Source: an uncultured Acidobacteriota bacterium
GTDB taxonomy: Bacteria > Acidobacteriota > Thermoanaerobaculia > Multivoradales > DATKCC01
Assembly: GCA_963837945.1 (NCBI GenBank)
Contig: CAWIQD010000009.1
Coordinates: 64,529 to 128,528, forward strand
Length of the DNA: 64,000 nt
Direction of reading: 5' to 3'
Shown: positions 1-9,430 of the stretch, in pieces
How positions within the stretch are numbered: the first letter of the stretch is position 1
Layout of the letters: every line of letters starts with the position of its first letter
Program-made: the position numbers and the translations under genes
Notes under the pieces: model-generated
What the model was told of the DNA's origin: nothing
Database searches by the model: none
The model's input: the letters and a program-made list of their open reading frames with translations, nothing else

Positions 1-212
1 ACGAGGCGGCGCGGGGCGCCGGCGGCGTGGTGATCGCCACCGAGTGGAACCAGTTCCGCAGCCTCGAGTGGGGCGAGCTCGCCGAGCTCCTGGCGGAGCC
101 CCTGGTCGTCGACCTGCGGAACCTCTACAACCCGGAGAGGATGGCGGCCGCAGGCTTCCGCTACGTCTCGGTCGGGAGGCCCGAAGGCCATCCGTACGCG
201 GGAGGAGAGCGC
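1..212 (+). CDS. ugd: UDP-glucose 6-dehydrogenase, C-terminal end (gene begins upstream of window); reads without a stop into the next gene
   Basis: Translation ...[51 protein letters not shown] is the conserved Ugd C-terminus. The frame is open from base 3. No in-frame stop before the UXS domain. Confidence 0.6.
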
Positions 213-1175
213 TTGACCACCTCGCTCGTCACCGGCGGCGCCGGCTTCCTCGGCTCCCACCTGTGCGACCGCCTCGCCTCCGAGGGACACCGCGTGATCT
301 GCGTCGACAACCTGATCACCGGCAAGCGGGCCAACGTCGCGCACCTCGCCGAGCGGGACGACTTCCGCTTCATCGAGCACGACGTCTCGAAGCCGCTCTT
401 CCTCGACGAGCCGATCGACCACGTGCTGCACTTCGCCTCTCCCGCCTCGCCGATCGACTACCTCGAGCTGCCGATCCAGACCCTCAAGGTCGGCTCGCTC
501 GGTACCCACAACAGCCTCGGCCTGGCGAAGGCCCACCGCGCCCGCTTCCTCCTCGCCTCGACCTCCGAGGTCTACGGCGACCCGCTGGTCCATCCCCAGC
601 CGGAGGATTACTGGGGCAACGTCAACCCGGTCGGGCCGCGGGGCGTCTACGACGAGGCCAAGCGCTTCGCCGAGGCGATGACCATGGCCTATCACCGGGT
701 CCACGCCCTGGAGGTGCGAATCGTCCGCATCTTCAACACCTACGGGCCGCGCATGCGGCTGCGCGACGGCCGCGTGGTGCCCGCGTTCGTCCAGCAGGCG
801 CTCCAGGACGAGCCGCTGACCGTCTTCGGCGACGGCAGCCAGACGCGCTCCTTCTGCTACGTCTCGGACCTGATCGAGGGCATCTTCCGACTGCTTCTGA
901 GCGACGTGCGCGAGCCGGTCAACGTCGGCAACCCCCACGAGATGACGATCAAGGAGTTCGCCGAGACGATCATCCGCGCCACCGGCAGCGCCTCGACCCT
1001 CGCCTTCGAGCCGCTGCCGGTCGACGACCCGAAGGTTCGCCAGCCCGACATCCGGCGCGCCCGGCGGCTGCTCGGCTGGGAGCCGCGGGTCCAGCTCGCC
1101 GAGGGCCTCGAGCAGACCGTCGCCTACTTCCGCCGGGCGCTCGAGGCAGGGGCCGCGGTGCAGCCGGCGAGCTAG
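213..1175 (+). CDS. UDP-glucuronate decarboxylase (UXS / NAD-dependent epimerase-dehydratase family)
   Basis: N-terminal [15 protein letters not shown] Rossmann motif, YxxxK catalytic region and UXS-like C-terminus. Candidate TTG start at 213 sits behind GGAGGAG (201-207). A TGA at 214-216 in the +1 frame overlaps that TTG. Confidence 0.7.
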   Translation: MTTSLVTGGAGFLGSHLCDRLASEGHRVICVDNLITGKRANVAHLAERDDFRFIEHDVSKPLFLDEPIDHVLHFASPASPIDYLELPIQTLKVGSLGTHNSLGLAKAHRARFLLASTSEVYGDPLVHPQPEDYWGNVNPVGPRGVYDEAKRFAEAMTMAYHRVHALEVRIVRIFNTYGPRMRLRDGRVVPAFVQQALQDEPLTVFGDGSQTRSFCYVSDLIEGIFRLLLSDVREPVNVGNPHEMTIKEFAETIIRATGSASTLAFEPLPVDDPKVRQPDIRRARRLLGWEPRVQLAEGLEQTVAYFRRALEAGAAVQPAS

Positions 1176-1184
1176 AATCACCCC

Positions 1185-1466
1185 ATGGACGACCGAGCCG
1201 AACGGGGCGACGCCCGCAAGACCCTGCTCTTCGCCCTCGACCACTACCCCGAGCGGATCCAGGCGATCGACCTGGCCGAGCTGGTGATCGAGAGCGCCCG
1301 CGAGAACCCGAAGCGCCCGGCCTACGTGAAGCTCGCGGTGCCCGACGACTGGGTCAAGGCCCTGCGCGGACCGCGCGAGAGCGACAACCGCTGGCTGCTG
1401 GTCGAGGTGCCCCGCGAGGTCGAGGAGCGCTCCCAGAGCTCGATCATCCTGCCCGGGGAGGTGTGA
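1185..1466 (+). CDS. hypothetical protein (93 aa)
   Basis: ORF in an operon-like position between uxs and yggX. Its stop overlaps the yggX ATG (gtgATGa). No family recognised. Confidence 0.4.
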   Translation: MDDRAERGDARKTLLFALDHYPERIQAIDLAELVIESARENPKRPAYVKLAVPDDWVKALRGPRESDNRWLLVEVPREVEERSQSSIILPGEV

Positions 1467-1726
1467 TGAGCGCGACCGTCGAGTGCAGCCGCTGCGGGCG
1501 GACCGCCGCCGCCCTGTCCCGGCCCCCGTACGCCGGCGAGCTCGGCCGGCAGCTCCAGGAGCGCGTCTGCGCCGACTGCTGGGCGGAGTGGCAGCGCATG
1601 GAAGTCATGGTGATCAACGAGCTGCGCCTGAACTTCATGGACCCCGGGTCGATGGACGTGCTCGCCGAACAGGTCCGGAAGTTCTTCGGGCTCGACGCTC
1701 CGGAGGGCGCCGGCTCCCCCAGTTGA
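1466..1726 (+). CDS. yggX: Fe(2+)-trafficking / oxidative-damage protection protein YggX
   Basis: CSRCGRTAAALSRPPYAGELGRQLQERVCADCWAEWQRMEVMVINELRLNFMD matches the YggX family (cf. E. coli YggX ...[37 protein letters not shown]). ATG at 1466. Confidence 0.8.
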   Translation: MSATVECSRCGRTAAALSRPPYAGELGRQLQERVCADCWAEWQRMEVMVINELRLNFMDPGSMDVLAEQVRKFFGLDAPEGAGSPS

Positions 1727-1806
1727 CCGCGCGGTCCGGCCCTCCTCCGAGCGCCCGGCCGACCCTTCGTCGCGAGCACGCCACGTTGCCCATCGATCCG
1801 GTCGTC

Positions 1807-2841
1807 ATGGAGGGCCTCGCCGCCTGGCGGCGCTCGGACTATCACGGCGCCCGGACGGCCTGGGAAGACCCGGCCGCCGAGACCTCGGGCGACCACCACG
1901 CCCTGCTCTCGGCCCTGGCCGACCTCGCCGGCTCCCTGGAGCGCCAGGGCGCGGGCCACGCCCAGGCGGCGAGCCATCTTCTCGGCGCCACGCGCGACCG
2001 CCTGGCCGAGCTGCCGGCGCAGGTCCTCGGCGTGGACGTCGACCGGCTGCGCGCCGAGCTGCCGGCCGACCCGGCCGCCGCGCTCGCCTCGCCCCCGACG
2101 CTGCGCCCGGTGCGCGCCATCCCGCCCTGGGCCGTGGGGCGCTTCGTCCTGTTCCTCCTGCTCCTCGCCTCGGGCTTCCTGATCCTGCGCTACACGCCGT
2201 TGGGGTCGCGGCTCAACGCCTTCCTCGACCAGGACCGCCTCGAAGCCGTGCGGGCGAGCCTGCGCGCGCACTGGTGGACGGCGCCCGCGCTGCTCGGGCT
2301 CTACTCGGTCCTCGCCCCGCTCGGCGCACCGGTCAGCCCGCTGATGCTCGCCGGCGGCGCGATCTTCGGCGTGCTCTGGGGCTCGGTGCTGAACTTCCTC
2401 GGCACGTTCATCGGCGGGGCGCTCAGCTTCTACCTCGCCCGCTGGCTGGGCCGCGACTTCGTCGCCCACCTGGTCGGCGAGCGGCTGCGCCGGGTCGAGC
2501 GGCTGGTCGCGCGGCGCGGGTTCTGGCCCCTGGTGCGCATCCGGTTCCTGCCCATCCCGTTCCCGGTGGTCAACTATGGCGCCGCCCTGGCGGGGGTCCC
2601 GGCGGCGCTGTTCCTGCTCACCACCGGCCTCGGGCTGATCCCGGCCAACATCGTCTTCACCTACCTCTCGGCCTCCCTCGTCGACGCCGTCGAAGGGGAC
2701 CGGGCGGGGATCATCCTGCGGGTCGCGCTGTCGGTCGCCGGACTGCTGGTGCTCTCGTTCCTGCCCAACGTCCTGGTCGGCCGGCAGCGCCGCAAGCGCT
2801 ACCGCGAGCTCGTCGCGCAGAGGCGAAACCGAGCCGGCTGA
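1807..2841 (+). CDS. TVP38/TMEM64 (DedA-related) family membrane protein with ~115 aa N-terminal cytoplasmic extension
   Basis: Core PLMLAGGAIFGVLWGSVLNFLGTFIGGALSFYLARWLGRDFV is diagnostic of TVP38/TMEM64/SNARE-associated proteins. ATG at 1807. The upstream part of the long ORF is Arg/Pro-rich wrong-frame artefact. Confidence 0.7.
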   Translation: MEGLAAWRRSDYHGARTAWEDPAAETSGDHHALLSALADLAGSLERQGAGHAQAASHLLGATRDRLAELPAQVLGVDVDRLRAELPADPAAALASPPTLRPVRAIPPWAVGRFVLFLLLLASGFLILRYTPLGSRLNAFLDQDRLEAVRASLRAHWWTAPALLGLYSVLAPLGAPVSPLMLAGGAIFGVLWGSVLNFLGTFIGGALSFYLARWLGRDFVAHLVGERLRRVERLVARRGFWPLVRIRFLPIPFPVVNYGAALAGVPAALFLLTTGLGLIPANIVFTYLSASLVDAVEGDRAGIILRVALSVAGLLVLSFLPNVLVGRQRRKRYRELVAQRRNRAG

Positions 2842-2844
2842 AGA

Positions 2845-3045
2845 AGGATCTCGGCCCGGAGGAACCGCTCGCTGCATGCCGAATGGATCGCCCGGCCGAG
2901 ACGGAGCTCGGCCCGGAAGAACCGCTCGCTGCATGCCGAACGGATCGCCCGGCCGAGACGGAGCTCGGCCGCTTCATCCGGGATTGCCTTCGCCGATCGT
3001 CTCAGGCCATGAAGCGGCCGAGCTCCGTCTCGGCCGGCCAGGCGG
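2845..3045. repeat. REP-like palindromic element cluster: two ~62-bp tandem units plus one inverted copy of core GGCCGAG-N6-CTCGGCC
   Basis: Direct repeat ctcggcccgga(g/a)gaaccgctcgctgcatgccgaa(t/c)ggatcgcccggccgagacggag twice. Then inverted copy atgaagcggccgagctccgtctcggccgg. The same core recurs at three other loci in the window. Confidence 0.75.
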
Positions 3046-3128
3046 CCCAACCGGCACCGAGCCCTCCCGCGGAGGCACACCCCGGGCACTCTCCGCGCTG
3101 CGACCGTCAGTCCGAGCTCCGCCAGGTC

Positions 3129-4265
3129 TCACCCTTCGAGAGCTTCCTTGACGTCCTCCTCGTCGATCAGCAGGGCGCCCTGGTTCACCGCGCGCGAGGC
3201 CGCGGGATCGAACTCGTGGTCGCGGATCACCCGCCGGAAGACCTCCTTCAGCGCTCGCGCCCCGAGCCTCGGCTGACGGGCCGCCTGGAGCGCGATCCGG
3301 CGCACCGCCGCCGGCGACAGGGCGAGCCGGATCCCCTGGCTGTCGAAGTACTCCCGCGTCTGGCGCAGGCCCGACTCCGGGCTCTCGAGAAAGATCTTGG
3401 TGAGCTCCTCGACCCCCAGGTCCTCGAGCAGCACCACGGCGTCGAAGCGGGACAGGAACTGCGGCGTCATGCCGTAGTCGAAGAGGTCCTCGTTGCGCAG
3501 CCAGTCGCGCAGCCGGAAGATCTCCTCGCGCCGGACCTTGCCGCCTTCGACCACCGTCACCGGCTGCAGGGCGCCCCGGTCGCGGCCGATGGTCACCCGG
3601 TCGTAGACCGCGTCGTACAGGCCCTCGAAGGCGCCCGCGCAGACGAAGAGCAGGCCGCTCGAGTCGAAGGTGGCGGTGCCGCCGCCCGCCCACGGCGGCA
3701 TCTCGACCTGCACCGCCTCGTTCTCGATCAGGGTGAGCAGGGCCTCCTGGGCGCGGATGCCCTCGACGTTCGGGCGCTCGCCCACGTGGGAGCGGATCTT
3801 GTCCACCTCGTCGACGAAGACGAGAGCGCGCGAGGCGCGGGCGAGAAGCTCCGCCGGCTTGCGGCGCGCCGCCTCGTCCGATCCGAGCTCCTCGCGCACC
3901 CGGTCGAGCAGCCGGTCGACGACCGCCTGCCCGGGTCGCCCCCGCCGCGCCTCCTCGGCCAGCACGTTGGCGTGCAGCCGCACGACCGTCGAGCGGGCCT
4001 CGAGCTCCGGCCGCGAGGCCAGGAGCCGCTCGACCGCGCGCATGAGCGTGGTCTTGCCGGTCCCCGAGGAGCCGATCATCAGGATGTTGCCGGTCGCGAG
4101 GCCCGCCAGGTGCTTGGCGAGCGCGATCGCCATCTCGCGGATCGCCGCCTCCTGCCCGATCACCCGAGAGCGAAGCGCCTCGGCGATCTCCGCCGGTGGA
4201 GGGGTCTTTGGACGAAGAGGGGGTCGAGGTCGTGAGCGGAAGCAAGGTGTCGGAAGCCATCCCAC
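3129..4265 (-). CDS. ClpX/HslU-family AAA+ ATPase (ClpX-like unfoldase lacking the N-terminal zinc-binding domain; IGF docking loop degenerate)
   Basis: VIGQEAAIREMAIALAKH...NILMIGSSGTGKTTLMRAVERLL (Walker A), FVDEVDKI (Walker B), LLFVCAGAF, and C-terminal GARALKEVF sensor region align with ClpX/HslU. No ClpP/HslV gene is adjacent. The region equivalent to the ClpX GIGFG loop reads TIGRDRG. Confidence 0.75.
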   Translation of the reverse strand: MGWLPTPCFRSRPRPPLRPKTPPPAEIAEALRSRVIGQEAAIREMAIALAKHLAGLATGNILMIGSSGTGKTTLMRAVERLLASRPELEARSTVVRLHANVLAEEARRGRPGQAVVDRLLDRVREELGSDEAARRKPAELLARASRALVFVDEVDKIRSHVGERPNVEGIRAQEALLTLIENEAVQVEMPPWAGGGTATFDSSGLLFVCAGAFEGLYDAVYDRVTIGRDRGALQPVTVVEGGKVRREEIFRLRDWLRNEDLFDYGMTPQFLSRFDAVVLLEDLGVEELTKIFLESPESGLRQTREYFDSQGIRLALSPAAVRRIALQAARQPRLGARALKEVFRRVIRDHEFDPAASRAVNQGALLIDEEDVKEALEG

Positions 4266-4267
4266 AT

Positions 4268-4950
4268 TGTAACCGTTCGGTGCCCGCCCACCGATCGCCC
4301 GGCCGAGGCAGAGCTCGGCCCGGGAACCGGGTGCGCGGCCGGAATGGGGTCGCCTCCGGCGGACCGTTCGGTGCCGAGCGCAAGGATCGCCCGGCCGAGG
4401 CAGAGCTCGGCCGCTTCATGGGGGATTGCAGATCGTCACGGGGATCGGACGTCGGGGGGATCGGACGCCGAGGAGTCCGACCCCGCCGATCCATCCCTCC
4501 CCCCTCCGCGGCGGAGCGCACCGCCCCAACCACCGAGGGGCAGCCCGCGGGGCGGGTGGTTTCTCGCCGGCGCAGTTTGCCGCCGAGAAAGCCATCCGCC
4601 CCGCGGGCGTTGGGGTCGCCTCCGGCGGGATGTTCGGTGCTGAATGCCAGGATCGCCCGGCCGAGGCAGAGCTCGGCCCGGGAACCGGGGTGCGCGGCCG
4701 GAATGGGATCGCCTCCGGCGGACCGTTCGGTGCCGAGCGCAAGGGTCGCCCGGCCGAGGCAGAGCTCGGCCGCTTCATGGGGGATTGCAGATCGTCACCG
4801 GGATCGGACGCCGGGGAGTCCGACCCCGCCGATCCACCCCTCCCCTCCCTAGGCCGGGGTCATCGCCCCAATTACCGAGGGGGCAGCCCGCGGGGCGGGT
4901 GGTTTCTCGCCGGCGCAGTTTGCCGCCGAGAAAGCCACCCGCCCCGGGGC
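4268..4950. repeat. REP-like element array including a ~360-bp direct tandem duplication (copy 1 ~4291-4649, copy 2 ~4650-4950); four REP cores total
   Basis: gatcgcccggccgaggcagagctcggcc(cgggaacc|gcttcatggggg) occurs four times. The whole ~360-bp block (two REPs plus a G-rich spacer) is repeated with ~95% identity. Confidence 0.75.
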
Positions 4951-5020
4951 GTGAGCCACGCACCGCCCCACACCGCCGGGGCGTTGGCGAAGCCCGCCCC
5001 GATTCGATAGATTCCAGGCC

Positions 5021-6070
5021 ATGCCACCGAGCCCGTCCTCACCCTCTGTCCTCTCTTCTGCTCTCAGTCCTCGAATCCCGCTCCGCGCTCAAGCCGCCCC
5101 CCCGGCCGCCCCGACCCTCGACCAGGCCCAGCACCTCCTCGACACCGGCAAGCCCCAGGAAGCCCTCGACCTCCTCGCCCCCGTCCTGCGCCGCCACCGC
5201 GACGACCCCCGCGCCCTCCTGCTGCGCTCCACCGCCCGCTTCATGCTCGGCGACACCGACGGCGGTCGGGCCGACCTCGACCGCTCGATCCAGCTCGACC
5301 CGGCTCAGCGCCAGGCCTGGCTCAACCGCGCCGGCCTCGAGATCGCCGAGGGCAGCTACGACCAAGCCCTCCAAGCCCTCGCCAAGGCGCGCACGCTCGA
5401 CCCGACCAACTCCGACAACGACCTCAACACGGGGGCCGTGCTCCTGCTCCAGGGACGGCTGTCGGAGGCCACGGCGCGGTTCCGCAGCTACCTCGAGGCG
5501 GCGCCCGACCAGGCCGCGGCCCACTACCTGGTCGCCACCAACTACGCCGGCCGCGGCTACGCCCGGCTGGCGGTCGAGACCCTGCGCAGCGCGGTCGAGA
5601 TCGACGAGCTCTATCGGCTCCGCGCGCGGACCGATCCCAACTTCGACGGGGTCGCCGACTCGCCCGAGCTCCAGGCGCTCCTCGAAGCCTCGCCGGCACG
5701 CCCGCCGGCCGACCACCGCGTCGCGCGCCAGGCCTTTCCGACCCCGTACGCCGGCGGCCAGGGACTGCTCCTGAGCGCCGTGCTCGAGGCCCTCCACCAG
5801 ATCGGAGCCACCTTCGACCCGCGGGTCGAGGTGGCCACCGGCTGGGCCCTGATCCACGGGCTCCTGCGCATCCAGCTCTACGACCGGCCCGGCGGGGCGG
5901 CCGGCGCCTCGGAGGGCGTCGTCCAGGTGTCGGCACCGCCGGACGCGTTCGATGCCGAGGCGTGGCACCAGCGCACCGACCAGCTCTACCAGGCGATCGA
6001 GCTCGCCTTGCTGAGGCGCCAGCGGACCGGCGCGCCGCCCCCCAAGGAGCCGCTGCCGCCAGGGGCCTGA
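5021..6070 (+). CDS. TPR-repeat protein with N-terminal signal peptide
   Basis: Signal-like N-terminus. Repeated A/L-rich 34-aa TPR-like units (RADLDRSIQLDPAQRQAWLNRAGLEIAEGSYDQALQALAKARTLDP...). Confidence 0.6.
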   Translation: MPPSPSSPSVLSSALSPRIPLRAQAAPPAAPTLDQAQHLLDTGKPQEALDLLAPVLRRHRDDPRALLLRSTARFMLGDTDGGRADLDRSIQLDPAQRQAWLNRAGLEIAEGSYDQALQALAKARTLDPTNSDNDLNTGAVLLLQGRLSEATARFRSYLEAAPDQAAAHYLVATNYAGRGYARLAVETLRSAVEIDELYRLRARTDPNFDGVADSPELQALLEASPARPPADHRVARQAFPTPYAGGQGLLLSAVLEALHQIGATFDPRVEVATGWALIHGLLRIQLYDRPGGAAGASEGVVQVSAPPDAFDAEAWHQRTDQLYQAIELALLRRQRTGAPPPKEPLPPGA

Positions 6071-6321
6071 CCGGCACCACCACGATCCAGCCGATCCAGC
6101 TCCTTGGACCGGGAGCCCATAGGGGTTATGCAGGCCCCTCCCAGGCCCGCAACCGGCCCGAGCGGTAGAGAACGCTCCTTCCCGACCCCGCCCTCCGACC
6201 CGGAGGACTCATACGATCTATGCTCTATCGACGGTCGGCGGCCTGCCGGCGAGCTCGGGCGAGTCGTTCCATCCGACTGATTTCAAGCAGCTTAAGCCCT
6301 CTCCCGCGGCTCGCGGCCGAG

Positions 6322-6338
6322 TTGGCATAGCCGTTGCG
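6322..6338 (+). promoter_or_regulatory. candidate sigma-54 (-24/-12) promoter TTGGCAT-AGCCG-TTGCG
   Basis: GG and GC dinucleotides are exactly 10 nt apart and match TGGCAC-N5-TTGCW. Located ~165 nt upstream of the cytochrome-TPR gene, in a 430-bp noncoding stretch. Confidence 0.35.
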
Positions 6339-6501
6339 CGGGAGTCGAGCCACGGCGAAATCCTGGCGACGCGCCTCCGGTGGGTCTCCGGGCGGACGGA
6401 GGGGACGGCTGCGGTAGACTGGCCCTTCGCACCCGTACCGAAGCAGCCCCCGGAGCCGCCGGTCCGGCCCGGACACTCGACTTTTTCCCCTGCGAAACCC
6501 G

Positions 6502-9358
6502 ATGCGTCTCGACACCCACCGTCTCCTCGCTCTCTCCGGCGCCCTGCTGGTCGCCAACAGCGCGTACCTCGCCGCTTCCGGCGACCCGCGGCCGCTCTAC
6601 TTCTTCAGCCTCCTGGCCCACCTCGGTCTGGGCCTGGTGGCCGCGGCGCTCTTCCTGCCCTGGTGGTGGCGGCGCCGCGGCGAGCGGCTGCTCTTCGCCT
6701 CCGGCGCCGCGCTGGTCGCCTCGGGGCTGGTGGCGGTGGCCCTGCTCGCCGTCGGCAACCGGCGGCCCACCTACTTCCTGGTGCCGGTCCACTGGGGGTT
6801 GGCGCTCGCCGGCCTGGTGGGGATCGCGGCCTGGGGGCTCGCGCGGCGCGGGGGACGGGCCTGGGACCTGGCGGCGGTGGGCCTGGCGCTCGCCGTCGTC
6901 CTGCCGGCGGCCGCCGTCGTCTACCAGCGCCGGCACCCCGACCCGAAGAGCGTGGTCGTCAACACCCCCGCGCCGGTGAGCATGGACCAGGAGGCGATGG
7001 GCGGGCCCGGCGGCCCCTACTTCCCGTCCTCGGTCTCCAACAGCCACGGCGGCCTGGTGCCGTCGTCGATCTACATGGACCCGCAGAGCTGCGGGCGCTC
7101 CGGGTGCCACCCGGACATCCTCGACCAGTGGAACAGCTCGGCGCACCACCGCGGGAGCTTCAACAACCAGTGGTACCGGAAATCCGTCGAGTACATGCAG
7201 GACGTGGTCGGCGTCCAGCCTTCGAAGTGGTGCGGCGGGTGCCACGACCCGGCGATCCTCCAGTCCGGGATGATGGACACGCCGATCGAGAAGATCGTCG
7301 ACACGCCGCAGGCGCAGGCCGGGATCACCTGCACGGCGTGCCACATGATCTCCGAGATCCACAACACGATGGGCAACGGGAACTACGAGATCACCCTCCC
7401 GCCGCTCCACGGCCTGGCGACCAACAAGAACCCCATGCTCTCCGGGCTCCACGACTTCCTGGTGCGCATGGACCCCGAGCCCCACCGCCGGACCTTCATC
7501 AAGCCGTTCTTCAGCGGGGCCGACGTCCCCAAGATGTGCTCCGCCTGTCACAAGGTGCACCTCGACGTGCCGGTCAACCACTACCGCTGGTTCCGCGGCT
7601 TCGACGAATACGACGCCTGGCAGGCGAGCGGCGTCTCCGGCTTCGGCGCCCGCTCCTTCTATTACCCGCCGAGCCCGAAGTCCTGCCCCGACTGCCACAT
7701 GCCGCGGGTCGTCTCGGACGACGCCGGCAACGTCGACGGGATGGTCCACTCGCACCGCTTCCCCGCCGCCAACACCGCCCTGCCCTTCGCCTACCACGAC
7801 CAGACCCAGCTCGATCAGGTGGTCGAGTTCCTCCAGGCGAACCAGGTGAGCGTCGACATCTTCGCCATGACCCGGGGCCGCGAGCCGGAGACCGGGAGAG
7901 AGAGCCGGGGCCTCGAGACCGAGGGGCCGGCCCTCTCCACCACCTCCACCGTCGGCGAGGAGACCGGGATCGCCGTGGGCTCGGGCCTGGGCGCCGCGCC
8001 GCGCGGCCCGGCCGAGCCGGTCTACGCCCCCCTCGACCGGATCCCCGCCACCGTGCGCCGGGGCGACTCGACGCGCATCGACGTGGTGGTGCGCACCCGC
8101 GGCGTGGGCCACGCCTTCCCCGGCGGCACCATCGACGCCGCCGACTGCTGGGTCGAGCTCAAGGCGACCGACTCGGCGGGCAAGACGGTCTTCTGGAGCG
8201 GCATGGCCGACGAGTCGGCGCCGGTCGACAAGGGCGCCCACTTCTACCGCGCCCTGCTGATCGACGAGCACGGCAACCCGATCGACAAGAGAAACGCCTG
8301 GGCGACGCGGGCCGTGATCTACGCCCAGGCGATCCCGCCCGGGGCGGCGGACACCGTCCGTTTCCGGCTGCACGTCCCGCCGGACGCCGCCGACACCATC
8401 CACCTCGAGGCGCGGCTCGACTATCGGAAGTTCTCGTACGACAACACCCGGTACGCCTACTCCGGGCTGCCGCCGGAGGGCGAGAGGGACCTGGTGACCC
8501 CGGCCTACGACGACCGGGGCCTGCGCTACGAGGTCGACCCGAGCCGGATCTCCGGCCCCACCAAGACGGTGCCCGAGCTGCCCATCGTGGTCATGGCCCA
8601 GGACACCCAGGACCTCCACGTGATCGACGCCGGGTCGCCGGTGCCCGACATGACGCACCCGGCCGAGAAGCCCGACGTCGACCGCGAGCGCTGGAACGAC
8701 TACGGCATCGGCTTCCTGCGCCAGGGGGACCTGCGCAGCGCACGCCTGGCCTTCACCCGGGTGACCGAGCTCCAGCCCGGCTACGTCGACGGCTGGGTGA
8801 ACCTCGGCCGGGTGGCGGTGGCCGAAGGCGCGCTCGACGAGGCCCGGCAGGGTGCTCGGCAAGGCGCTCGAGATCGAGCCGAAGCTGCCCCGCGCGCACT
8901 ACTTCCTCGGCCTGGTCGACAAGGAGAGGGGCGAGTACGACTCCGCGCTCGAGCACCTGCGGACCACCGCCGCCAAGTATCCCTACGACCGGGTGGTGCG
9001 CAACCAGATCGGCCGCGTCCTCTTCCTGCGCCACGACTACCGCGCGGCGGTCGACGAGCTCCAGAAGGTGCTCGACATCGACCCCGAGGACCTGATGGCG
9101 CATTACACGCTGATGCTCGCCTACCGCGGGCTGGGCGACCTCGAGAGCTCCCACCACGAGCAGGCGCTCTACGAGCGCTTCAAGGCGGACGAGCCCTCCC
9201 AGGAGCTGACCCGCGTCTACCGCGAGACCCACCCCGAGGACAACAACGAGCGCCAGGCGATCCACGAGCACGGCTCGCCGAGCCGCCAGGAGATCCGAAC
9301 CTTCCTCGCCGCGCACGGCGACCAGAAGGTGATCGGGATCACCGCTGGCGGCGGCTAG
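6502..9358 (+). CDS. membrane-anchored multihaem c-type cytochrome (>=4 CXXCH plus one CX4CH) with C-terminal TPR domain; ORF interrupted by an apparent 1-nt frameshift near 8845-8855
   Basis: N-terminal TM helices, then CGGCHDP, CTACHM, CSACHKVH, CPDCHMP haem-binding motifs. The TPR sequence continues seamlessly in another frame from 8852 (…AEGALDEARQ / VLGKALEIEPKLPRAHYFLGL…). The original frame continues only as Arg/Pro-rich text. Confidence 0.6.
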
Positions 9359-9430
9359 ACCGCCGGCCGCGGCCCCGCGTCGAAACCTCGATCCCGTCGA
9401 ATTCCAGCCGAGACCCAGCGAACGACCATC

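Noticed and set aside
44-1726. 560-aa ORF in an alternative plus frame across ugd/uxs, ending in the YggX sequence
   Set aside because: Arg/Pro/Gly-rich low-complexity translation typical of wrong-frame reading in 70% GC DNA. Only its last 86 codons (yggX) are genuine. The overlapping frame encodes well-conserved Ugd/UXS.
2274-4533. Long ORFs (653 aa plus strand; 519 aa minus strand) spanning the DedA gene, REP arrays and the ClpX-like gene
   Set aside because: Low-complexity Arg/Ala/Gly/Pro composition, no motifs. Antisense or out of frame to recognisable genes. They run through palindromic repeat arrays.
2711-4778. Recurrent small ORFs starting MKRPSSASAGR… (2711-2977, 4416-4778, 25255-…)
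   Set aside because: Produced by the ATG embedded in the inverted REP element (atgaagcggccgagctc…). Repeated because the repeat is repeated, not because of a protein family.
6225-6557. 110-aa Arg-rich minus ORF in the cytochrome upstream leader
   Set aside because: Composition (about 30% Arg) and lack of RBS or motifs. The region is better explained as a noncoding leader carrying the sigma-54 promoter.
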